The position numbers were made by a program, and so were the translations under genes. From the IMG/VR virus record IMGVR_UViG_2534682294_000013: a stretch of DNA of 39,485 nt; one strand, 5' to 3'. Each line of letters starts with the position of its first letter. The first letter of the stretch is position 1. This document shows positions 26,331 to 36,756 of this stretch, piece after piece. The stretch is from a virus (taxonomy: Duplodnaviria; Heunggongvirae; Uroviricota; Caudoviricetes). The notes below the pieces were generated by a model. It worked only from the letters and a program-made list of their open reading frames with translations. It was not told where the DNA came from and did not search any database.

Positions 26331-27536
26331 TTAACCGGCAAAAATCGGCAACATTAAATACAGCTTAATCACCAGCGCATTGACGATATCGATAAAGAAC
26401 GCACCGACCATCGGCACCACCAAAAACGCCATGTGCGACGGGCCAAAGCGTTCAGTGATCGCCTGCATGTTGGCGATTGCCGTTGGCGTTGCACCGAGGC
26501 CAAAACCACAGTGACCCGCAGCCAGCACTGCCGCATCGTAGTTTTTGCCCATCATGCGCCAGGTAACGAAGATGGCATACAACGCCATGAAGATGGTCTG
26601 TACCACCAGAATCGCCAGCATCGGCAGCGCCAGCGAAGCCAGCTCCCACAGTTTCAGCCCCATCAGCGCCATCGCCAGGAACAACGACAGGCTTACGTTA
26701 CCCAGCACGGATACCGCACGCTCAAAGACGCGGTAAAAGCCCATCATTGACAGACCGTTGCTCAGAATCACGCCAACAAACAGTACACAGACGAAGGTCG
26801 GCAGTTCAAAAGCAGTGCCAGCCAAAAGTTGCGCAACAATTTTCCCCACCGTCAGGCAGATAGCAATCAGCGCGATAGTTTCAATCAGCACCAGCGAGGT
26901 GATCATGCGGCCCACATCCGGCTTTTCAAACGCCGTCGGGACTTCCTGGTCATCCGGAATACCGTTCGGCGTGGTGGAGTGTTTCACCAGATAGCGCGCC
27001 ACCGGACCGCCAATCAAGCCGCCCAGCACCAGACCGAACGTTGCACAGGCCATCGCCACTTCCGTCGCATTGGTGAAGCCATAACGTTCAATGAACAATT
27101 TACTCCACGCAGCGCCCGTACCGTGACCGCCGGAAAGCGTAATAGAACCGGCCAACAGCCCCATCAGCGGATCAAGCCCTAACAGGCTAGCCATACCAAT
27201 GCCAATGGCATTTTGCATCACCAACAGACCAACAACCACAATCAAGAAGATGCCAACCACACGCCCACCGGCACGCAAACTGGCAATGTTGGCGTTCAGG
27301 CCAATGGTGGCGAAGAAAGCCAGCATTAACGGATCGCGCAGGGACATATCAAAGTTGACTTCCCAGCCCATGCTTTTTTTCAGTACTAGTAGCGCCAGCG
27401 CCACCAACAAACCACCCGCAACAGGTTCCGGTATGGTGTATTTCTTCAAAAAGGAGACGGAATGGACCAACTTACGCCCGAGCAACAACGTCAGCGTTGC
27501 GGCAACAAGCGTTGCTAAAGTATCGAGATGAAACAT
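26331..27536 (-). CDS. gltS: Sodium/glutamate symporter
   Basis: 401-aa polytopic membrane ORF, MFHLDTLATLVAATLTLLLGRKLV... Confidence 0.95.
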   Translation of the reverse strand: MFHLDTLATLVAATLTLLLGRKLVHSVSFLKKYTIPEPVAGGLLVALALLVLKKSMGWEVNFDMSLRDPLMLAFFATIGLNANIASLRAGGRVVGIFLIVVVGLLVMQNAIGIGMASLLGLDPLMGLLAGSITLSGGHGTGAAWSKLFIERYGFTNATEVAMACATFGLVLGGLIGGPVARYLVKHSTTPNGIPDDQEVPTAFEKPDVGRMITSLVLIETIALIAICLTVGKIVAQLLAGTAFELPTFVCVLFVGVILSNGLSMMGFYRVFERAVSVLGNVSLSLFLAMALMGLKLWELASLALPMLAILVVQTIFMALYAIFVTWRMMGKNYDAAVLAAGHCGFGLGATPTAIANMQAITERFGPSHMAFLVVPMVGAFFIDIVNALVIKLYLMLPIFAG

Positions 27537-27747
27537 AGTTACTCCTTTGTATCCGCATCACTCTTTCATACTCGTCATACTTCATCGCGCAGTGGCAACT
27601 TCATGAACTATGACGGGTATCGAGTTATGCTTTCCTGGGTCAAATTCTCAGCTGTTAATGAACAAATGGCATGGATTTTAAGCAGAAAAATACCAAAAGT
27701 TATATAAAAAAGTGCATTTATCTCATTTAAATATTTAGATGAGGATG

Positions 27748-27763
27748 TGGCAAACGTTTGCTT
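27748..27763. promoter_or_regulatory. PurR-box-like palindrome upstream of xanP
   Basis: tgGCAAACGTTTGCtt has the perfect palindromic core GCAAACGTTTGC, which matches pur operators (aNGCAAACGTTTnCnT). It lies 53 nt upstream of the xanP ATG. Confidence 0.55.
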
Positions 27764-27815
27764 TTCTCTTTCGGTCAGCTAAAATGCCCGCTTTGCTACC
27801 ACGGGATTGTTTTCG

Positions 27816-29207
27816 ATGTCTGTTTCCACCCTCGAGTCAGAAAATGCGCAACCGGTTGCGCAGACTCAAAACAGCGAACTGATTTACCGTCTTGAAGATC
27901 GTCCGCCGCTTCCTCAAACCCTGTTTGCCGCCTGTCAGCATCTGCTGGCGATGTTCGTTGCGGTGATCACGCCAGCGCTATTAATCTGCCAGGCGCTGGG
28001 TTTACCGGCACAAGACACGCAACACATTATTAGTATGTCGCTGTTTGCCTCCGGTGTGGCATCGATTATTCAAATTAAGGCCTGGGGTCCGGTTGGCTCC
28101 GGGCTGTTGTCTATTCAGGGCACCAGCTTCAACTTTGTTGCCCCGCTGATTATGGGCGGTACCGCGCTGAAAACCGGTGGTGCTGATGTTCCTACCATGA
28201 TGGCGGCTTTGTTCGGCACGTTGATGCTGGCAAGTTGCACCGAGATGGTGATCTCCCGCGTTCTGCATCTGGCGCGCCGCATTATTACGCCGCTGGTTTC
28301 TGGCGTTGTGGTGATGATTATCGGCCTGTCGCTAATTCAGGTTGGGTTAACGTCCATTGGCGGCGGTTACGCAGCCATGAGCGATAACACCTTCGGCGCA
28401 CCGAAAAATCTGCTGCTGGCAGGCGTGGTCTTAGCCTTAATTATCCTGCTTAACCGTCAACGTAACCCTTACTTACGCGTGGCCTCACTGGTGATTGCGA
28501 TGGCGGCCGGATATGCGCTGGCGTGGTTTATGGGCATGTTGCCAGAAAGCAACGAACCGATGACGCAAGAACTGATTATGGTGCCAACGCCGCTCTATTA
28601 CGGTCTTGGCATTGAATGGAGTCTGCTGCTGCCGCTGATGCTGGTCTTTATGATCACTTCGCTGGAAACCATTGGCGATATCACGGCGACCTCTGACGTT
28701 TCCGAACAGCCAGTGTCCGGTCCGCTGTACATGAAACGCCTGAAAGGCGGCGTGCTGGCAAACGGCCTGAACTCGTTTGTTTCGGCGGTGTTTAACACCT
28801 TCCCGAACTCCTGCTTCGGGCAAAACAACGGAGTGATCCAGTTGACTGGTGTTGCCAGCCGCTATGTCGGTTTTGTCGTCGCGCTGATGTTGATCGTGCT
28901 GGGTCTGTTCCCGGCAGTGAGCGGTTTTGTACAACACATTCCAGAACCGGTTCTGGGCGGCGCAACGCTTGTAATGTTTGGCACCATCGCCGCCTCCGGT
29001 GTGCGTATCGTTTCTCGTGAGCCGCTGAACCGTCGGGCGATTCTGATTATCGCGCTGTCGCTGGCGGTTGGTCTGGGCGTGTCTCAGCAGCCGCTGATTT
29101 TGCAGTTTGCCCCTGAATGGCTGAAAAACCTGCTCTCCTCCGGGATCGCCGCGGGCGGTATTACTGCCATCGTGCTGAATCTGATTTTCCCACCAGAAAA
29201 ACAGTAA
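27816..29207 (+). CDS. xanP: Xanthine permease (NCS2/NAT family)
   Basis: [16 protein letters not shown]... with the NAT signature [10 protein letters not shown]. It is 463 aa from the ATG at 27816. The track ORF begins at a TTG 3 codons upstream. Confidence 0.95.
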
Positions 29208-29214
29208 TTCACTG

Positions 29215-29239
29215 GCGGCGGTAAGATAATTACCGCCGC
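29215..29239 (+). other. Perfect 10-bp stem-loop after xanP (no T tract)
   Basis: gcggcggtaa-gataa-ttaccgccgc lies 8 nt after the xanP stop. It may be an RNA-stabilising hairpin or a weak terminator. Confidence 0.4.
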
Positions 29240-29327
29240 AGTCTCACCTCTTTCACCATTCCCGCCTTGAGGATTGCGCGTAAATCGTGCATAACTCCCT
29301 TATGTGCATTTCACGGGATGGAAGACC

Positions 29328-31037
29328 ATGAAATTTATTGGGAAGCTGCTTCTCTACATTCTCATCGCTCTGTTAGTGGTGATCGCTGGCCTCTATTTTC
29401 TTCTGCAAACCCGCTGGGGAGCAGAACATATCAGCGCATGGGTTTCCGAGAATAGCGACTATCATCTGGCCTTCGGGGCGATGGATCACCGTTTTTCCGC
29501 GCCATCTCATATCGTGCTGGAGAACGTCACGTTTGGTCGTGATGGTCAGCCCGCGACCCTGGTGGCAAAAAGTGTCGACATTGCGCTAAGCAGTCGGCAA
29601 CTGACCGAACCACGCCATGTCGATACCATCCTGCTGGAAAACGGGACGCTGAATCTCACCGACCAGACCGCGCCGCTACCGTTCAAAGCCGATCGTCTGC
29701 AACTGCGTGATATGGCGTTTAATAGCCCGAATAGCGAATGGAAACTGAGCGCGCAGCGGGTAAATGGCGGCGTGGTTCCGTGGTCACCAGAAGCCGGTAA
29801 AGTGCTGGGTACGAAGGCGCAGATTCAGTTTAGTGCCGGATCGCTTTCGCTCAATGATGTTCCTGCCACCAATGTACTGATTGAAGGCAGTATTGATAAC
29901 GATCGCGTTACGCTGACTAACCTGGGTGCCGACATCGCCCGCGGGACATTAACCGGAAACGCGCAGCGTAACGCCGACGGCAGCTGGCAAGTGGAAAATC
30001 TGCGCATGGCGGATATCCGTCTACAAAGCGAAAAATCGCTAACCGACTTCTTTGCGCCATTACGCTCTGTCCCGTCGTTGCAGATTGGTCGCCTGGAAGT
30101 GATCGATGCTCGTTTGCAAGGTCCGGACTGGGCGGTGACCGACCTCGATCTCAGCTTGCGCAACATGACCTTCAGTAAAGATGACTGGCAGACACAAGAA
30201 GGCAAACTGTCGATGAACGCTAGCGAGTTCATTTATGGTTCGCTGCATTTATTTGACCCGATTATAAACGCGGAATTTTCCCCGCAGGGCGTAGCGCTGC
30301 GCCAGTTCACCAGCCGCTGGGAAGGGGGTATGGTCAGAACGTCAGGGAACTGGCTGCGTGACGGGAAAACGTTGATCCTTGATGATGCGGCAATTGCCGG
30401 GCTGGAATATACCTTGCCGAAAAACTGGCAACAGTTGTGGATGGAAACGACACCCGGTTGGTTAAACAGCCTGCAACTGAAGAGATTTAGCGCCAGCCGC
30501 AATCTGATCATTGATATCGACCCTGACTTCCCGTGGCAGCTCACCACGCTCGATGGTTACGGTGCCAACCTGACGCTGGTTACCGATCATAAATGGGGCG
30601 TCTGGAGTGGCTCGGCGAATCTGAATGCCGCCGCCGCGACATTCAATCGTGTTGATGTTCGTCGCCCGTCGCTGGCGCTGACCGCCAACAGCAGCACGGT
30701 GAATATCAGCGAACTGAGTGCATTTACTGAAAAAGGCATTCTGGAAGCCACTGCCAGTGTTTCACAAACGCCACAACGTCAGACCCATATCAGCCTGAAT
30801 GGACGCGGTGTGCCGGTGAATATTTTGCAACAATGGGGATGGCCTGAATTACCGTTGACTGGCGACGGCAATATTCAGCTTACCGCCAGTGGCGATATTC
30901 AGGCCAATGTCCCGCTGAAACCTACGGTTAGCGGGCAACTCCATGCCGTGAACGCCGCAAAGCAGCAAGTGACTCAAACCATGAATGCGGGCGTCGTTTC
31001 CAGTAGCGAAGTTACATCGACAGAGCCGGTGCAGTAA
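29328..31037 (+). CDS. yicH: AsmA-family protein
   Basis: MKFIGKLLLYILIALLVVIAGLYFLL (N-terminal anchor). It is 569 aa from the ATG at 29328. Confidence 0.9.
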   Translation: MKFIGKLLLYILIALLVVIAGLYFLLQTRWGAEHISAWVSENSDYHLAFGAMDHRFSAPSHIVLENVTFGRDGQPATLVAKSVDIALSSRQLTEPRHVDTILLENGTLNLTDQTAPLPFKADRLQLRDMAFNSPNSEWKLSAQRVNGGVVPWSPEAGKVLGTKAQIQFSAGSLSLNDVPATNVLIEGSIDNDRVTLTNLGADIARGTLTGNAQRNADGSWQVENLRMADIRLQSEKSLTDFFAPLRSVPSLQIGRLEVIDARLQGPDWAVTDLDLSLRNMTFSKDDWQTQEGKLSMNASEFIYGSLHLFDPIINAEFSPQGVALRQFTSRWEGGMVRTSGNWLRDGKTLILDDAAIAGLEYTLPKNWQQLWMETTPGWLNSLQLKRFSASRNLIIDIDPDFPWQLTTLDGYGANLTLVTDHKWGVWSGSANLNAAAATFNRVDVRRPSLALTANSSTVNISELSAFTEKGILEATASVSQTPQRQTHISLNGRGVPVNILQQWGWPELPLTGDGNIQLTASGDIQANVPLKPTVSGQLHAVNAAKQQVTQTMNAGVVSSSEVTSTEPVQ

Positions 31038-31048
31038 AAATCAATCTC

Positions 31049-31075
31049 GCCGGGTACGACTCAGACGTACCCGGC
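31049..31075. terminator. Stem-loop between convergent yicH and yicI
   Basis: gccgggtacg-actcaga-cgtacccggc forms a 10-bp perfect stem. Confidence 0.5.
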
Positions 31076-31089
31076 ATTCCATCAATAGA

Positions 31090-33408
31090 TTACAACGTAA
31101 TTGTCAGCGCATTCCCTTGAGGCGTCACCACCAGCCCCTGCTCACTTTCAGCCTGCGAACCACCTTGCAGACCATTTACTTTCACAATATTGCGCAAGCA
31201 CAGTGTCCAGTTCTTCGCCTCGCCCGCACCAGTCACAGTAATCGTGTTGCCAGTACGCGCCGCTTTCAGGGTGAAAAGAACGGAACCGTCAGCAGCGGGC
31301 ACTTCACAGATGGCTTCATGCCCGTCTTGTAGATTAAAGAGCTGGAATGCCGTGCCTTCGTGCCACGCGTAATCGGGACGTTGCTCGTTGTTGCCCAGCG
31401 CCAGTAGGGTGTTATCACGCACATAAACGGGCAGACTCAGGAAGCTGTGCTGCTGTTTATGCCAGCGACTACCATCGAGTTCATCGTTGTGCCACAGATG
31501 TGTCCAGCGACCTTCCGGCAAGTAGAACTGCACATCGCCCGCTTCACTGAACACCGGAGCAACCATCACGTTGTCGCCTAACATGTATTGACGGTCAAGG
31601 TAATCACAAGCCGGATCGTCCGGGAACTCCATCATCATGGCCCGCATCATCGGCGTACCCCGCGCGTTCGCACGAGCAGCTTCACGATACAGATACGGCA
31701 TCATGCGGCATTTCAGTTGCGTGAAGAAGCGCACCACATCACAGGACTCATCATCGTAGGCCCACGGCACACGATAAGATTTGCTGCCATGTAAACGGCT
31801 ATGGCTGGAGAGCAAACCAAACGCGCACCAGCGTTTGTAAACGTGCGCCAGAGCGGTATTCTCAAAGCCGCCGATATCGTGGCTCCAGAAACCAAAACCT
31901 GAAAGGCCAATAGACAAACCACCGCGCAGGCTTTCCGCCATTGATTCGTAGTTAGCGTAACAGTCACCACCCCAGTGTACCGGGAATTTCTGCGCACCAA
32001 CGGAGGCCGAGCGAGCAAACAAGACGGCTTCTTCCTCGCCAACGGTGTCCTTGAGCACGTTCCACACCAGTTCGTTGTAGATGTACGCATAATGGTTATG
32101 CATTTTCTGCGGATCGGAACCGTCAAACCACTGAACATCGATTGGAATACGTTCGCCAAAGTCGGTCTTAAAGCAATCAACGCCCATCGCGACCAGACCT
32201 TTCAGTTTGTCGGCGTACCATTTGCAGGCATCCGGATTGGTAAAGTCATAAATCGCCAGACCTGGCTGCCATTTATCCCACTGCCATAACGAACCGTCCG
32301 GGCGTTTGAGTAAATAGCCTTTCTCTTGTAACTCTTTAAAGACAGGGGATTTTTGCCCGATATAGGGGTTAATCCAGACGCAGATTTTTAGCCCTTTCGC
32401 TTTCAGGCGGCGGATCATCCCTTCCGGGTCCGGGAAAGTCAGCGGGTCCCACTCAAAATCGCACCACTGGAAGGCTTTCATCCAGAAACAGTCAAAGTGA
32501 AAAACATGCAGTGGCAGATTGCGTCCCGCCATACCATCGATAAAGCTGTTTACCGTCGCTTCGTCGTAGTTGGTGGTAAATGAAGTGGTTAGCCACAGGC
32601 CGAAGGACCACGCGGGCGGCAGCGCCGGACGACCAGTAAAACGGGTATAACGATCAAGTACCGCTTTCGGCGTCGGGCCGTCGATAACAAAGTATTCGAG
32701 ATATTCACTCTCAACGCTGAACTGCACTTTGGAGACTTTCTCCGATCCCACTTCAAAAGAGACGCATTGAGGATGATTGACCAGTACCCCATAGCCACGG
32801 TTAGTCATATAGAACGGGATATTTTTATACGCCTGTTCAGTACTTGTGCCGCCGTCCCGGTTCCAGGTCTCTACCGTCTGGCCATTGCGCACCAGGGCAG
32901 TAAAGCGCTCTCCCAGACCGTAAACTGTTTCGCCAACGCCAAGATCCAGCCGCTCAAACATATAATTTCGTTGATTATTCGTGTCCTGCACGTAGCCATT
33001 ATTTTTCACCTGACTACCGGTAATACGTTCGCCGTTGCGCAGAAAATCCAGTGACCAGAACTCACCTTTGCTGACACGCGCGCTTAAGTTGCCACTTTTA
33101 AACTCAGCGTAACGTTCTGTGTTTTCGATTGTGACCTTCACGTCCTGCAAAATATTGAGCGGATAATGAGGACCGTTATTCAGCGCCCCCTGAAAATGCT
33201 CAATCCGTACACCGACAATACCTTCCTGTGGGGAGAAAAAGCGCAGCGTAAATAAAGGCGTATCAAGCTGCCAGGTTCGTTCACGCACATCACGGGGGGC
33301 AGCATAGACCACCATTTCATTACCCTGCTGTTCAACCTCGAACACCTGAAGCGGGTGAATCAAATTGAGGCCAGGTTGAATCAACCAGTTTCCGTCGCTA
33401 ATTTTCAT
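31090..33408 (-). CDS. yicI: Alpha-xylosidase, glycoside hydrolase family 31
   Basis: 772 aa with GH31 catalytic-region motifs VWINPY and [12 protein letters not shown]. Confidence 0.95.
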   Translation of the reverse strand: MKISDGNWLIQPGLNLIHPLQVFEVEQQGNEMVVYAAPRDVRERTWQLDTPLFTLRFFSPQEGIVGVRIEHFQGALNNGPHYPLNILQDVKVTIENTERYAEFKSGNLSARVSKGEFWSLDFLRNGERITGSQVKNNGYVQDTNNQRNYMFERLDLGVGETVYGLGERFTALVRNGQTVETWNRDGGTSTEQAYKNIPFYMTNRGYGVLVNHPQCVSFEVGSEKVSKVQFSVESEYLEYFVIDGPTPKAVLDRYTRFTGRPALPPAWSFGLWLTTSFTTNYDEATVNSFIDGMAGRNLPLHVFHFDCFWMKAFQWCDFEWDPLTFPDPEGMIRRLKAKGLKICVWINPYIGQKSPVFKELQEKGYLLKRPDGSLWQWDKWQPGLAIYDFTNPDACKWYADKLKGLVAMGVDCFKTDFGERIPIDVQWFDGSDPQKMHNHYAYIYNELVWNVLKDTVGEEEAVLFARSASVGAQKFPVHWGGDCYANYESMAESLRGGLSIGLSGFGFWSHDIGGFENTALAHVYKRWCAFGLLSSHSRLHGSKSYRVPWAYDDESCDVVRFFTQLKCRMMPYLYREAARANARGTPMMRAMMMEFPDDPACDYLDRQYMLGDNVMVAPVFSEAGDVQFYLPEGRWTHLWHNDELDGSRWHKQQHSFLSLPVYVRDNTLLALGNNEQRPDYAWHEGTAFQLFNLQDGHEAICEVPAADGSVLFTLKAARTGNTITVTGAGEAKNWTLCLRNIVKVNGLQGGSQAESEQGLVVTPQGNALTITL

Positions 33409-33417
33409 TGCCGTTCC

Positions 33418-34800
33418 TTAGTTCTGCACTTCTTGAGAGGTGAATTGTTGCTGGCAACGGCGTTTGCCCTGGGCCAGCTGTTCCATAACGGTTTTCAGAT
33501 TGTGCGTCGTGAGTGAGTAGTAGCGTTTAGCGATAATCGCGCTCAGCAAATAACAGATCGCCGGAACAATCGTGAATAGCGCAATAATGATGCTAATCGT
33601 GGCGCTGTTCTGCGCTTTTTCTGCCGCATCATATCCGCCATAAGCCAGCATCCAGCCGATAAGAGCGCCGCCGAAGGCCAACCCCAGTTTGAGCACAAAC
33701 AGCGTGCCAGCAAAACTGATCCCGGTCAGGCGTTTACCATTGCACCACTCGCCGTAGTCGACGGTATCGGACATCATTACCCACTGGATAGGTGTCACCA
33801 GTTGATGCAATACACCAATCACGAAGATGAAGACAAACATAGTGATGCTGGCCTGCATAGGAACAAAGAACATCGCGAGGCTAATCACTGCCAGCAGGGC
33901 GTTCGTCCACCAGAAGATAGTGACTTTACATTTCCAGTCGGTCAGCGGTTTTGCCAGTGCGGAACCAATCAGGTTACCCACGCAATAAGTGGTGAGAAAA
34001 GCGACAAACACTTCCGGCGTACCCAAAATCCATGTGACGTAATACATCATCGCTCCACCGCGGACGCACACCGCCAGGATATTGAAAATGGTTAGTAAAC
34101 CGACAATCCGCCACTGGTCGTTTTGCCAGATATCACGTAAATCTTCCCGCATAGACGTCGTTGTAGGTGGTGCTTCAACGCGTTCTTTAGTGGTGAAGAA
34201 ACAGAATGCCAGCATCATGAATGCCACCACGGAAAGGACCGCGATACCGCCCTGGAAACCGAGTGGTTTATTATCACCGCCAATTAAATTAACCAGTGGC
34301 ATCATCAGAACAGTAGAGAGCATGCCTCCCGCGGTCGCCAGCACAAAACGCCAGGATTGCAGCGAGATACGCTGAGTCGGGTCATTGGTGATTACACCAC
34401 CCAATGCGCAGTAAGGGATATTGACGACGGTATAAAGTAAGGTAAGTAGGGTGTAAGTAATTGCTGCATAGATCATTTTGCCGTTCATACTGAGATCTGG
34501 CGTGCTATAGGCCAGTACACAGACGATCCCAAATGGCAGTGCGCCACACAGTACCCACGGACGAAATTTACCCCAGCGAGAGCGCGTTCGATCGGCCAAC
34601 AACCCCATGCAAGGATCGGAAATCGCATCCAGTGCACGAGCGACCAAAAACATGGTTCCGACAAATCCGGCAGGTATGCCAAAATTATCGGTATAAAAGA
34701 ACATCATATATAACATTACGTTATCGAAAATAATGTGGCTGGCGGCGTCTCCCATGCCATAACCAATTTTCTCTTTAACGGACAACACTTCACTCTTCAT
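33418..34800 (-). CDS. yicJ: GPH-family (glycoside-pentoside-hexuronide) cation symporter
   Basis: MKSEVLSVKEKIGYGMGDAASHIIFD... gives 460 aa from the ATG at 34800 (AAGGAA upstream). It lies 9 nt upstream of yicI. Confidence 0.92.
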   Translation of the reverse strand: MKSEVLSVKEKIGYGMGDAASHIIFDNVMLYMMFFYTDNFGIPAGFVGTMFLVARALDAISDPCMGLLADRTRSRWGKFRPWVLCGALPFGIVCVLAYSTPDLSMNGKMIYAAITYTLLTLLYTVVNIPYCALGGVITNDPTQRISLQSWRFVLATAGGMLSTVLMMPLVNLIGGDNKPLGFQGGIAVLSVVAFMMLAFCFFTTKERVEAPPTTTSMREDLRDIWQNDQWRIVGLLTIFNILAVCVRGGAMMYYVTWILGTPEVFVAFLTTYCVGNLIGSALAKPLTDWKCKVTIFWWTNALLAVISLAMFFVPMQASITMFVFIFVIGVLHQLVTPIQWVMMSDTVDYGEWCNGKRLTGISFAGTLFVLKLGLAFGGALIGWMLAYGGYDAAEKAQNSATISIIIALFTIVPAICYLLSAIIAKRYYSLTTHNLKTVMEQLAQGKRRCQQQFTSQEVQN

Positions 34801-35033
34801 CTGCTTTTCCTTGATGCTATAGGGGTGCTGAGACCGATAACGCATTTTGTAAACCATCCCTGTGAGAGCGAATATTCCGATATCTGGTTATTAATTTATG
34901 ATTCTTGTTTTATGTGATCGTGGTAGCGTTAATTCCGCTCATATATCATTGTAAAATATGAGTTTTATATGAATTATAATGCTTTCGTGATAATACGCTG
35001 CGTGTATTAGGCGGAAAAAACTGATCTGGGGGA

Positions 35034-35061
35034 TGTAGAAACTCAAGGAAGTAGCTATAAT
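35034..35061 (+). promoter_or_regulatory. Candidate selC promoter
   Basis: A perfect TATAAT at 35056-35061 is followed by the GC-rich discriminator gcgccccgcc. A weak -35-like tgtaga lies 16 nt upstream. The tRNA 5' end is 31 nt downstream of the -10. Confidence 0.4.
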
Positions 35062-35092
35062 GCGCCCCGCCTCCATGTAGCAATCGAGGCGC

Positions 35093-35187
35093 GGAAGATC
35101 GTCGTCTCCGGTGAGGCGGCTGGACTTCAAATCCAGTTGGGGCCGCCAGCGGTCCCGGGCAGGTTCGACTCCTGTGATCTTCCGCCA
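35093..35187 (+). tRNA. selC: tRNA-Sec (selenocysteine, anticodon UCA)
   Basis: 95 nt, GGAAGATCGTCGTCTCCGGTGAGGCGGCTGGACTTCAAATCCAGTTGGGGCCGCCAGCGGTCCCGGGCAGGTTCGACTCCTGTGATCTTCCGCCA. It has the long variable arm, the extended acceptor stem, the TCA anticodon and an encoded CCA. Confidence 0.98.
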
Positions 35188-35349
35188 AACCTCATCCAGC
35201 CAGTTCCGAGATACTCCATAAAATACTTTATATTCAATACGATGAATAATCAGCTTGTCCGTAATAGTCCGAGATCATCTCCCTGAATCCGCGAAAAATA
35301 TGTATAGTAATGTGTATAGATTTTTTATACGTAGTTTTCAGTTATACAC

Positions 35350-36537
35350 ATGGCTCTAACCGATATACAGATCAAACGTGCAAAACCACAAGACAAACCA
35401 TACACATTGAACGATGGACAAGGTCTGTCATTGCTTATCAATCCCGATGGCTCGAAAGGCTGGCGTTTCCGTTTCCGGTTTGCAGGGAAAGCGCGGTTAA
35501 TGTCATTTGGCAGCTACGATTTAGTAAGCCTCGCAGAAGCACGTGAGAAGCGTGATATCGCCCGTAAGCAGGTTGCTAATGGCATTGACCCGGTAGAGGA
35601 ACGCAAAGCTTTAAGACTCGCTCAAAAGCTATCAACAGAAAATTCTTTCGAAGCAATATGTCGAGAATGGTATACCAACAAAGCTGATCGCTGGACTGTA
35701 GCCTATCGAGAAGAAATCATTAGGACATTCGAGCAGGATGTCTTCCCGTTCATTGGTAAACGTCCTATCAGTGAAATCAAACCATTAGAACTGCTTGAAG
35801 TATTGCGACGAATAGAGAAACGAGGAGCACTAGAGAAGACCAGAAAAGTGCGCCAAAGATGCGGTGAGGTCTTTCGTTATGCAATCATAACTGGCCGAGC
35901 TGAATACAACCCAGCACCTGATTTAGCTATCGCTCTGGCCGTTCCTAAGCCAAAACACCACCCATTTTTATCTGTCGAAGAGTTGCCTTATTTTATTCGG
36001 GATTTGGAGGCATACTCCGGCAGCATAATCACCAAAAATGCAACTAAGATAGTTATGCTTACTGGTGTAAGAACGCAGGAGATGCGCTTTGCTACGTGGG
36101 AAGAGGTTGATTTGGATAAGGAGGTTTGGGAGATACCAGCGGAACGTATGAAAATGCGTAGGCCTCACATTGTTCCTTTATCTACTCAGGTAGTTGACCT
36201 TTTTAAACAGCTCAAACCAATTACCGGTCATTACCCTTACATCTTTATTGGCAGGAACAACCGTAGCAAACCGATCTCGAAAGAAAGTGTTTCACAAGTG
36301 ATTGAGTTACTTGGTTACAAAGGCCGTGCTACAGGTCATGGATTTAGACATACAATGTCAACAATATTACATGAACAAGGGTTTGACAGTGCCTGGATTG
36401 AGATGCAATTAGCACATGTTGATAAAAATTCTATTCGTGGAACATACAATCACGCACAATATTTAGAAAATAGACGCGCAATGCTTCAGTGGTATAGTAA
36501 CTTCATATTTAATAAAATTAGTGAAGACACACTTTGA
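35350..36537 (+). CDS. int: P4-family tyrosine integrase
   Basis: 395 aa with the N-terminal arm-binding domain MALTDIQIKRAKPQDKPYTLNDGQGLSLLINPDGSKGWRFRF. The catalytic residues are in TGVRTQEMR, HGFRHT and IRGTYNH. It is adjacent to a tRNA gene. Confidence 0.93.
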   Translation: MALTDIQIKRAKPQDKPYTLNDGQGLSLLINPDGSKGWRFRFRFAGKARLMSFGSYDLVSLAEAREKRDIARKQVANGIDPVEERKALRLAQKLSTENSFEAICREWYTNKADRWTVAYREEIIRTFEQDVFPFIGKRPISEIKPLELLEVLRRIEKRGALEKTRKVRQRCGEVFRYAIITGRAEYNPAPDLAIALAVPKPKHHPFLSVEELPYFIRDLEAYSGSIITKNATKIVMLTGVRTQEMRFATWEEVDLDKEVWEIPAERMKMRRPHIVPLSTQVVDLFKQLKPITGHYPYIFIGRNNRSKPISKESVSQVIELLGYKGRATGHGFRHTMSTILHEQGFDSAWIEMQLAHVDKNSIRGTYNHAQYLENRRAMLQWYSNFIFNKISEDTL

Positions 36538-36546
36538 TTTATAAAT

Positions 36547-36576
36547 AAAAAGAGCCTCTTCCGAAGCTCTTTTTTA
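36547..36576. terminator. Bidirectional hairpin terminator shared by int and the convergent deaminase/small-ORF unit
   Basis: aaaaagagc-(10 nt loop)-gctcttttt with an A run on one side and a T run on the other. It lies 10 nt after the int stop and 6 nt after the small-ORF stop. Confidence 0.6.
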
Positions 36577-36581
36577 ATTGT

Positions 36582-36755
36582 TTATTTATTGTTCTTCAAT
36601 CTTTTATCTTCTTGTAAAACAAGATTATTTAACACTTTAATTGACTTGGAGGATAAATCATCTCCTCCTAACATATTTTTTTTCCATTCCGGCCATTCAT
36701 TAATTATTTTTTTAGTTGCAACCACATGTTTAATAAAACCATTTTCGATAGACAT
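36582..36755 (-). CDS. Small hypothetical protein (57 aa), translationally coupled to the deaminase gene
   Basis: Not in the ORF track because it is under 60 aa. The ATG at 36755 is 1 nt after the deaminase TAA, with AGGAG 6 nt upstream. Translation: MSIENGFIKHVVATKKIINEWPEWKKNMLGGDDLSSKSIKVLNNLVLQEDKRLKNNK. The stop is at 36584-36582, followed by a terminator hairpin. Confidence 0.55.
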   Translation of the reverse strand: MSIENGFIKHVVATKKIINEWPEWKKNMLGGDDLSSKSIKVLNNLVLQEDKRLKNNK

Positions 36756-36756
36756 G

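Noticed and set aside
34939-35188. 63-aa and 80-aa minus-strand ORFs overlapping the selC region.
   Set aside because: They are antisense to the tRNA-Sec gene and its promoter and have no translation signals. The region is fully explained by selC.
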